A stretch of DNA of 64,000 nucleotides from Bugula neritina (Eukaryota; Animalia; Bryozoa), in the NCBI GenBank assembly GCA_964035545.1, contig OZ037768.1, forward strand, positions 19,823,700 through 19,887,699. The letters are read 5' to 3'. Below, piece after piece: positions 54,206 to 64,000 of the stretch (positions within the stretch are counted from its first letter, which is position 1; each line of letters opens with the position of its first letter). The notes beneath the pieces were generated by a model. That model saw only the letters and a list, made by a program, of their open reading frames with translations, did not search any database and had not been told where the DNA came from. The translations under genes and the position numbers were made by a program.

Positions 54206-56371
54206 GAAAATCATCTTTATCCAGGCAGAGCCATGCAGTAACTTTAGGAATAAAACATTGCTGGAAACATTGTTATGTCAATATACTGATACTAGCACGT
54301 ATTGCAGTAACCTACATGCCATCCTATCATTTGAAATATGTGGATATTTATAAATATTAGTGAGTGTTGCATCACCACAACATATAATTGTTTGGCAAAT
54401 AAATGTGCTAATAAAAGAATATTTATACTCCAAGTGTCGGTCAGATAACTGGGGTAAATCAAACTGCAAAAAATAGATGAAAAGCTATTTTTTATCACTA
54501 TAAAATTGGCTTTGAATCTTTGTTTCTCACCACTGAACTGCATGACTGGACTTTATTTAACTTCATTTAAATAGGTAGTTAGCTATAGCAGTTATTGCAG
54601 CTCAACTTTAACAATAAAGAATTTAAAGTATGTTGAGACATGTTGATATAATTTAATACTTTGCAGAACATCAACAATAATATGTAGAGTTGTCTTTTCA
54701 GAATATAGGCTAAACTCAAGCTTGTCTTTTAATGCCAGATAGCAGTTACATATTGCCAGTTCGAACTTTTTAGTTTAGTCGTGCTGCATTATAACTGTAT
54801 ATGATGTTATATACCTATATAGCTTCCATATAGTGGAAAGCTGTAATTGAATATATGATATGCTGTTATGTGGACGTCAAGCTTTGTATAGATGTGCTAT
54901 GACCAGAGTTTTTATTTCTGCAGCTTCATGCAGCCCCAAAAAGAATCACTGGGAAGAGTTAGGCTGGTTATTGTAGTCCAGTGTCTTCTATGCAAGTATA
55001 TTAACTAGTCAAATAACGACTGCACCATGATTCCTACAGTTTACCATTAAGTGAATTTTAAGAAGTTTTTAGTGTAGGACCACTTGATACTCTACAACAA
55101 CGTAAGCAGTCAGCCTTTCATGAATAATATATTAGAAAGTAAAAGAGCTGAAATATTTAAGAAGTTTGTTGTAAGAAGGTAATTGTTCGTTTACCTGGAA
55201 TTCGTATTGGGAATTCCCTGATTTGCAAACCTTATACCAGACGCTGCACCAAAACGTGCAATGCAAAGACTAGTCTATATAGTATAGTTAAAGTAAAATG
55301 ACTGGATAGCTGTACGTGATTTGCACTAAAAGCCTAAACAGTTAGGTATTTTTAGAATAGGCTGCTGTTAGCTTTATAAAGTTTCTCTGACTTAGATTTT
55401 GGTTGAGGTTAAAGGTCATGCGCTTTTATTTTATCTTTTAGGGAATGCAATTAATATGAATATCCAATAATATTTCAATAATTGCTTGCATTTACCTAAC
55501 GGCATCCATTAACCATAAATTTCCAACATATGCAGCCAGTAAACTCCATATACATTTTTCATGCAACTCTGCATGGAAAAATTTTGATTAGCATCATAAA
55601 TAAGCTGAAAAGAACAGGTTTAAAGCAATTGCAGTGCACAAAATATGCTTATAATGTAGTGTTGCCTACCATTAACTAATAGTCCTCAAGCTTTAGCTTT
55701 GCTGAATAAATAGTCTTATAACTTTTATGATTATAAAACAGGTGAAAACTTATTACTTGCACCAATAAAAATTAAACTATGTGTTTGGAGAAATTATCAT
55801 TTGGTTTCATATAAATAATAAAAACACCTGCAACCTAACAATATACAGCCATGCTGGATAAACTCATAAATCATAAAGATTACAACTTCTCCCAACAATG
55901 AAAACTTTCTAGTAAAAATTTGCAAGCATCAAGCTGCACTATTACTATATATTTTATACAGATTAGCTTCTTTTATACAAGCAGGTGACTGCTAATAAAT
56001 CTTAAAAGTTGTGTTTGTTTTGTACCCATGCATTCATATCCATGCCTATCACACATTTTTTAAGTTCTTTTATTTTACCACATATAAGATCATCTTATTT
56101 ATCACAATATTTTCTATCTGTTACCAGACCTCTGGTGAGGACAGGAAACAACTTATGTTGTTTTTCAAGTTGATTCACTGTAATTACTGGCTACACAAAT
56201 TATGCTCAAACTCAACAATATGCATAATTCTATGTTCAGCAAAGTCTGTGAATAGTTGTTGGTTCTATATATACCACAATGCACAGGCATGTTAAAAACA
56301 TCCACAATATATTTTATGATCAAAGGCTGTAATTTAGCTGTATTCATTTAACAAATTATAAGAAAATATTG

Positions 56372-56827
56372 TTGTAGTTTTGTGCACTACACAATTTGGG
56401 GTGTTATTGTATTACGAATTATTGCTGCATACTCTACTATGAGGTTACGAGAGAAACCGAGATAGTGGGCGTTAATAATAGAATTGTATTGAAGTCTAAT
56501 TATACACAAATGAAGTTATCAATAATCATGAGAGAACAGGTACATGTACAATAGCTACACAACGTTATCCTGGTCTATTCGATAGTTCTCCTCTGACTGA
56601 GGTTGGGCGCCGGAAGGTGCTGTTTATATCCGGCAGGTTATTGTTGATTGGCTAGTGGCAAGGTTCCGGCGGCGTCACCGCAGGTGGGAATGCGTGCTTC
56701 GTAGGACTGCGGCATCGCTCATGAAGTTGTGGTCTCTTTACTTAATACTTCATAATATATTATAACTGAGCTTGTGAGTACGTAGGCAGGGGGTACGGGG
56801 GGGGGTATACTTCCCATGGCCACTACA
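56372..56827 (-). other. Segment with a GC-rich core carrying CCAAT/TATA/Inr, possible solo LTR
   Basis: Minus strand begins TGTAGTGGCC and contains CCAAT, TATAAA and TCAGTC at canonical spacing. TGTAGT...ACTACA inverted ends are possible, but there is no clean TSD. Confidence 0.35.
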
Positions 56828-58254
56828 AAATTGACGTCAGAACTTTGGCAATGGGTAATTAAAACATCAACTACCAGGCAATAACTTGAGTTGGCAATTG
56901 CCAACATTGTTCTCTCATGTAGTTAAAATCTAACTAATGATATACCTATACATTTATGTTAAATAATTATAATATTGCTTTTATTTAAATTAGCTGTTTG
57001 CCTTACTTTATTTCTATTCATAAATGTCAGTGTACCTCAATAATTCCACGCAACTGATTTCATACCACAAGAAATTGATCGCAATTGCTTCTGTATTTAA
57101 ACTTGTTTGATAATTGAAAGAGTTAATCAGTTAATGACGGCACTTTTCTTTACAGGATGATGCATTACATGGGCTGTCTGCTGTGTAGCTGCTGAGCAGC
57201 CATTTTCCATAAATTCAATTTTATTTATCTGAAAAATTAAATTCCACTGATGAATTTAAACAGTCTGTATTGTATACAAAATACGCTTACACTTGGGTAT
57301 ATGTTTATGTGTAACTTTATATTTTAAAGACAACTTGTGTATATAGAGGAATATTAGCTCCAAAATAGAATGCATATTTATGCAGCAATAATTAAACGCT
57401 TTGGCATATACTTTACAAGGATAATAAATTTTAGTGTCAGCATCAACATTATTTACCTAAATAGTTGCAAAATGCTCTAAATTGTCATACTTCTATTGTT
57501 TTAACCTCAAGTGTTTACTGAGAGACATATGGGCAAAGGTTACTAGCATGCTTCCATCTTAGAAGGTGGGTGAGAAAATTCTTAACGTTGTATCACAAGT
57601 CTTCAAGCATATACAGTTCTTACAACCATCAAGGTGAAGCTCCCTTCAATTACTAATCTTTGAGAGTGGTTAGAAGGTTCAATAGCATGCAACCAGCTAA
57701 TGTGCTAAATAAATGGGTAAATTTACCATTACTTGTTTTTAATTATCACATTACATCAACTTAAGCCCACCCTGCTTGTGAAAATTCGATAATTCTCAAT
57801 TTGCAAATTCTACATGCCGAGTAGTTGGTTTCGTCACTACTGCCCTTACTGTATTCGCACATTACAGCATATGACATCATGCAGATGGTTTATCATCGTG
57901 TAAGTATGATGCAATAAATGGAATAAGCTGAAACTTCAATTATTAAATTGAAGATAAAACAATCTCTGTAAAACCAAACAAGAGATAACCAGATGGCTGA
58001 AAAGTCATTCACCTTGAGGCTGGAAATAGTAAAGTTCATATAAGATAGAAAGAACCAATATGGTAAAGTTGTTGGCTGTCAAAATGTTGACAGAAGCATA
58101 AACTACAACTTATCATAGCATTGCTGTTGACTGTGACCGTTTATAACATTTAAAGAAGTTAACATAACATTACTTTGTATTTAGTATTTAGAAAAACCAG
58201 ATGTGCCATAATCGGTTTTCAAAAATAATGCATCACCATAATATGAAAAGCATA

Positions 58255-58570
58255 GGGAGCTGCCGTGGTCTAGGGCTTAGAGCTTTTGCCTGGTAAGCAC
58301 AAAGTCATGGGTTCAAGCCACGCCAAAGGCCATTGGTTATGTTAGGAAAAGCATTTAGTTATTGCTTCTGTGTCCCATCTGAATAAGTACTTAGCCCAAT
58401 TTTACAAAACTCCTTTCTGGAAAAGCTTTGCACCCACTGGGATTCGAAACCGAGACCTCTGGCTTGCAAGCTAACCATTACACCATTACACCGCGCGAAC
58501 ACTGGGTAATCACAGCACTGCACTTTTATCAGGGGTTTTCTCGCAAGGACTATAAACATGCCTGAGTTTA
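58255..58570 (+). mobile_element. tRNA-derived SINE, same family, with a nested antisense tRNA-like insert
   Basis: GGGAGCTGCCGTGGTCTAGGG head and ATCAGGGGTTTTCTC...ACTATAAACATGCCTGAGTTT tail, interrupted at about 58411-58522. Confidence 0.8.
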
Positions 58571-60492
58571 TTACATAAAAGCATTATCTATCAAAGTTGG
58601 ATATTGAGCTAGAGTGCAGAGCTGGAAACCCAGCTATGAAATCAACCAGTTTCTAAAGCTTTATCTGTAATAATTTACAAGCACTGAAGTGGTGAATGAA
58701 CTCTTGGTGTGATGAGATCACCTACTGAAAACTACAGAGCCACAAGACAGATAGTAAAATAATAATACAGTAAACATCAATCTTTCTGCATAGAGATTTT
58801 AAATCATTTTATAGTATTTCCTTAGCCAACCCAACACAAAGCACCAACTAACCAACGGCACTAAATATTACATCCGGCTCCTATTAACAGCGCAAGATTA
58901 TATCTGTTACTATTTCTGTATAATGGTATTAGTATTAGCACTATAATGTACATGATTTTATATAAGGTTGATAGTTCTTCTAGACATTTATTATTCAATA
59001 TTGTTTTGCCATATTTATTGAGTGTGGAATGTAATTTAATTAATATTTGAATGTACTATTGGAATGCTTTGATATCCCATAAAATGGCTAACGTAAAATT
59101 GGAGTGAAATAGACTAAAACATTCTATTATTGAATTTTAAAGATCTGATATAAACATTTGAAAATACTGCAAACATATCTGTTTATATCTGATAGCCAAG
59201 GCAGCGTTTATACAAGTGAATTAAATGTAACGCAACAGTATATGCTTCTAAAGTAATAAAAGTTGCTAAACTGCAACAATATAAAAAGCAAGAAAGTCAC
59301 TGCATTTTCATTGCTTAAAACAAATCCATACTGATGCTCTTGTAGATTATAATGGTTGTGGTTTGATTTGATGCAACTGCTCCAATGCAAACTGTTCTAC
59401 TAAAATCCATCCTTGTAGAAATTCTTTATTGAAGCATTCATTTAAATATATTTGTAGTGAAATGATGACACTCTTAATGCATTTCAAAGTCTTTGCCTCA
59501 AGCTTAAGTACCAAAGTTTAACCGATTTCAAGTAAAATGGTCTTTAAAACTGGTTCAAAGTCAGTGACTAGCTGATAAACTCATTTTATAGAACATAGAT
59601 ACTGCAATGCTTAATTTGAATGACAAGTGACGTTCGAGCAAACACTACTAGTAGCTAATATAAACACATTTTGGTTGGGTTTGTTCAACTAGACCTTTTA
59701 TTGCAATAATTTATATTTTAGTCACCATAATGTAAAGCAAAGGTCTGGTGCAGCTAGTACTGTTGCCAAGTACAACATACTGAACATAGATATTACAAGT
59801 ATATAAGGAGTATTCCTTTTGAAACATGCAAAGACAATAGAGTTGTAACATAATTACTGTTTTTGCTATCACCAATAGATAATGTTATGGCAAAAACAAA
59901 CTAGCTATTGTCCATAATAGCATTGGCCTATTTATGACTATAAGTTATAGACAGAAAAGACATTAAAATACCAAGTTTTGTTTTAATCTGTGTATAACAT
60001 TCATCATTTCATCAAGGCTAATAAAATCTTTGATGTGTTAAACATTACATTATGATTATATTTTAAGTTGAGTGCATGTATCTAGGTTAGGTGAATAAAT
60101 AGAGCAATACATTTCAATGTCGAATAAATCGTGCAGCCAATCACAATTTATTTAATCGTCTACTTGGTAATTACATAATATATTTTGTCGAAACATATCT
60201 AAAAAATCACAACTTTTAGGAATTGTCTCTCAATGTAGGTATTCATTCTTCTGGTACCATTGGCTTTATATGGTTATATCTGTTTCTACAAACATATAGA
60301 CGCATGTTTTATAAACACATATTATACCAATGTCACATAAGTACTGCTGCAGAAAGATATATAGTAATAGGAACTATACATGCTACGATGCCTACAAGAG
60401 TAATAGGAAGCTTGAAATTGCACTAGATAGACATCTCTGTGTTTACTCGCAAGCTGAGTTGAAACAGCCTTCAACTTTAAACCTCCCAGAGT

Positions 60493-61869
60493 TTAGCTGC
60501 ATGCAGAGGTATTGCGAATCATCAAAATATTTATATATGTACAAGTAGTACTTCGGTGAAAACATTTTAATCTTGCGAGCTGCTGGAAATGAACAAAAAA
60601 CAACCACAGCCTTTGAAAACAAGAGTTTTTTGGATTATTTTAGGGTAATTTGATAGAATTTTTTATCAATAAAAATCATTTCAGAGAACAAGTTACCATT
60701 ATTTTAGCAAATTATTATAATTTGCATGATGTCTAGCCCAATGTTGGTTTGAAGCAAACTAATAGATTATATTAAGGCTTTCAGCCTTACCTTAGCTTAG
60801 GAAATAGTCTCCCAAATATGCTTCCGAGCGGAGGGGTAGAGGAGGAGTAAGCAGGGTAGTTGAGAGGAGAAGGAGTTGTCGTCTCTTGGTTCATATAAGA
60901 CTTTGGTTTGTCATGGCCTTCCTTATAGTCTCTTTTACCAAACCTAATGAAGCCAATTAATAAGCGTCAGGTAAACAAACTGTGTACTATTCCAAGTTGA
61001 TTTTTCAATGCACTTTTGAAATTATACTTAATTTTCATTGACTTAAGCTTAACGGAGTAATTAGTATCTGAACAAGATATATTGACAAAATGTCAGTGAA
61101 GTGTAGACATGGACCATGGTGTTAATAGAATTAGAGCAGAATGTCTAGCTTTAAGCAGATACCTTTAAGAAAGACATCTGTAAGGCACTGAATAATTGGT
61201 TTAAGTCTGTGGGCTGCATACATCAGCTTGTGATTTTAAATAAATGTCTCATTTAGTTTATTGGATTAGTTATTTTACTGATGAACTTGATAAATATCTA
61301 ATCCAGTAGCATATGAAACTTTTATGAGACATTACTTTTTATTAGAGTGCTGCTAATTATTGAATAAGATAGTATGTAAAATATTCTACATTAAATATTA
61401 AGATAGGTTATCATTTAAAAAATTAAGCAAAAACCTTCCAATAATAAAAAGATGAATAGAAGATTCAAACAACAGTTAATAGTAATTATGGAAGTATATT
61501 GAACTTTCTGGTATAATGACATCCAAACATTCAAGCTCCTGGCAGTATAAATTCACCTTACAAGGTAATGGTATGCCAGGTACAACCTCACCTGACAGGT
61601 TATTTGTATGCCAGGTACAACCTCACCTTACAGGGTATTTGTATGCCAGGTACAAACTCACCTTACAAGGTAATGGTATGCTAGGTACAAACTCACCTTA
61701 CAGGGTCGTTGTATGCCAAATACTCTTCCAAGCTTTTTAGATACTGTTTTAGCTCCTCTGGTGACTTGAATTTGCTTTTAGCCTCTGGTGGTTCGGCACT
61801 GCTGACTACAGCTGTACTGAGAAACAGCACGGCTGCCACTGTCAGAAATAGCCTGACTAAGTTAGCCAT
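60493..61869 (-). CDS. NPF: Neuropeptide F/Y (NPF) precursor, copy 1
   Basis: Exon 61869-61697 encodes signal peptide MANLVRLFLTVAAVLFLSTAVVSS plus AEPPEAKSKFKSPEELKQYLKSLEEYLAYNDPV. A phase-2 intron splits the Arg codon (AG|G). Exon 60943-60791 starts F-G-K-R (amide donor plus dibasic site) followed by a C-terminal peptide. Probable last exon from 60496 (AG|C TAA). Non-coding exon 1 ends at 62206. Confidence 0.9.
61545..61718 (-). repeat. 35-bp tandem repeat of the NPF exon 2/intron 2 junction
   Basis: Minus-strand unit GGCATACAAnnACCCTGTAAG|GTGAG(T/G)TTGTACCT, 5 copies. Confidence 0.92.
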
Positions 61870-62298
61870 TCTTTTGTCTAGTTTCAACAGATAAACAACT
61901 CTATATTACAAGTTGCATTGCATTGTGTAGTTTTAGTTTGCTAAAATTTAATACCATATACATTACAAAGCAGGACTACTGCTATGCAATGACGACACTT
62001 TGACCTAAAATATTTGTGTTATGTTTCTACAGCAGCCAGTATTCAGCTTTTATAAAATTCCTTCAACAGAAATACAATTAATGCTCACCACGATTATTTA
62101 AACTTCTTGTTTTGAGCTAAAAATAGCCTATACTGCGCTTAGAATAAAATAAATTGACCAAATACTTATTATATTTTTACAATTGAATACCAAATTTAGT
62201 CTTACCTTAGTTGTGATATTTATAGTGACAAAGCTATTCTTTTAATCAATCGCTTAGCAGCACTACTACAGCAGTAAATGACATTTAGATTAGTGGGT

Positions 62299-62312
62299 CT
62301 TCTTTATATACT
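62299..62312 (-). promoter_or_regulatory. TATA box of NPF copy 1
   Basis: Minus-strand AGTATATAAAGAAG about 30 nt upstream of an Inr-like TCATTT (62281-62276), followed by a short non-coding exon ending AAG|gtaaga at 62206. Confidence 0.75.
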
Positions 62313-64000
62313 ATTCAGACACAGCAAGTTGCCATTAGGGCTGAGACGATATCTGTAATGTACTCACAACTATAATAATATATACTTGGCTTAGTAATAT
62401 TGCATTATTTAGCTTGCTTGGCTATCATGCAAGTAAAGTAAATTATTTGAAAACAATTTATTTTAAATTTTACCTTTTAAATTCATAGTCAATATCTAAA
62501 TTTCACATTTTAAGCACTTCAGACTACACACATTGTAGCTGCACAAGTGCTTTATGGCTTTGCAAATATAAAATTTGAACATACCATAAGCAAATTCCAA
62601 ATTAATTATTAGTTTCTTTATTGCAAGTTATTAAAAAAGAAATTGGGAAAAGCTTCCTACAACTTAGTTCATATTTAAAATCGTTTCAGCACTAGAAAAA
62701 GATATTGATTAGTACATTATTACAAACATTTATAGCCATATTCAAGTTATGAAAACTTTGTCATTATTTCATGTGAAAATTAAAAAGAATTATTTAGGCT
62801 TTTATATAAAAATTACTTAGTAAAAATAATATCTTTTTAATAAGACTTACCTAAAAATATAATTGATATTGTCTTTGCAATTTTTATATCTTACTTGTTT
62901 AAGCTTCATTAGGCTTATTAATCATTAAGAACAGCTGACTCAAATACAGTATGACAAAAGCTAACTGACTTTGCATGTCAACCAGCCCTTACAATGCTTC
63001 CCAATATTAAATTAAACAACAATAATAAAGTCACATCTCTTATTGCGGAATACTTTTATATTTTTAACTAACATATCTAAGCTTCACAAACATACATGGC
63101 TTAAAACTTCTAGCAGGGTTCGACTTTGTTGCAGCTTCTGATCTTCTTGTTCGCACCATTTTTGCTGTGTACTAAATAATAAGAATATTATGCTGGCCTA
63201 AAATAGAATTGAACAAAATAAGAATGGATTAAAAACAATATTAGTTTATTTTAGGTCAAAAATTAAATAAACTCCACAGTGAAACCGAATTGAAATTATA
63301 GATTTAAAATTATTAAAAATAATCATTATCACAGTCAGTATCACTGTGATACATTTATCACGATAATAAAATTGAAACTAAAATATCATCTTGCTCTTTA
63401 GTCTCTGTCTTGAGCTTACTACTACTAGTAGTTTAACTTTGTCTGATACTTATAATTAACTACTACTTACACCTGTATTTATAGGCCATTAGTATTACTA
63501 ATACTAATAGTTCTAGTGACTTAGTGTTACCATTTCAATTAGAATTAAATCAGTTTTGTGTTTTGCTTTTAACTACCCACTTGCTGCTTTCATGAATTTT
63601 TTTTCAGTAAGCTATTTTATTTATGCTTAATAAAACTTTGCTGATTGTATACAATGAGTTCGACTATCTTTACATGTTTTGTGAGCATCTAGCAATACAC
63701 CTAAATTCAACTTGCAAATAATAGTTTTGACTCTACATATTTTCATCGCATTGTACTTTTCTACATTTTTTGCAACAAGTAAAAACATTTTCATTAGTTA
63801 AAATAGTCTTACTATTTACTATTTAATATTTTGAAGAGCCTCTAGCCTTTAGCAAAGCTTCTACACTGAATTAACACTCAACTATGTAGTGCTGTTGCTT
63901 TTGTCATTTAATTAACACCAGAGTAAACAATGGGCTATTTGTTTTAATAAAAGCTATTCACTATAGAGTGTTGAACTATTGTGAGAACTTCTTCAAAATA

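Noticed and set aside
55192-55232. Possible stray NPF exon 3 (aag|G TTT GCA...) on the minus strand
   Set aside because: No GKR, no similarity to either C-terminal peptide, and a weak acceptor.

Overview
AT-rich, intron-rich invertebrate animal genomic DNA, probably a lophotrochozoan (an inference; no taxon marker is visible). Reading splice sites by eye supports seven protein genes. (1) MRG15/MORF4L1 (+, 671-11360, 11 exons). (2) A type-I membrane protein with six MAM domains, mucin-like linkers, a TM helix and an NPxY tail (+, 14409-31729). (3) A KCTD7/14-like BTB protein (-, 37579-34385). (4) An orphan Thr-rich/coiled-coil/Cys-His protein (+, about 39538-41332). (5) An LDLRAP1-like PTB adaptor (-, 44834-42058). 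(6,7) A tandem pair of NPY/NPF-type neuropeptide precursor genes (-, 52721-51575 and 61869-60493). The most notable result is the NPF pair. One copy ends in non-canonical DPVRF-amide. The other appears to have lost the RF-amide entirely because its splice acceptor moved 6 nt, while the promoter, signal peptide, PP-fold and KR site remain. A second recurring pattern is tandem duplication of exon/intron junctions, which creates competing stop-introducing splice sites in four unrelated genes. Introns also carry tRNA-derived MetaSINE-like elements, several MITE families and minisatellites. Exon models are manual and were not checked against RNA data.
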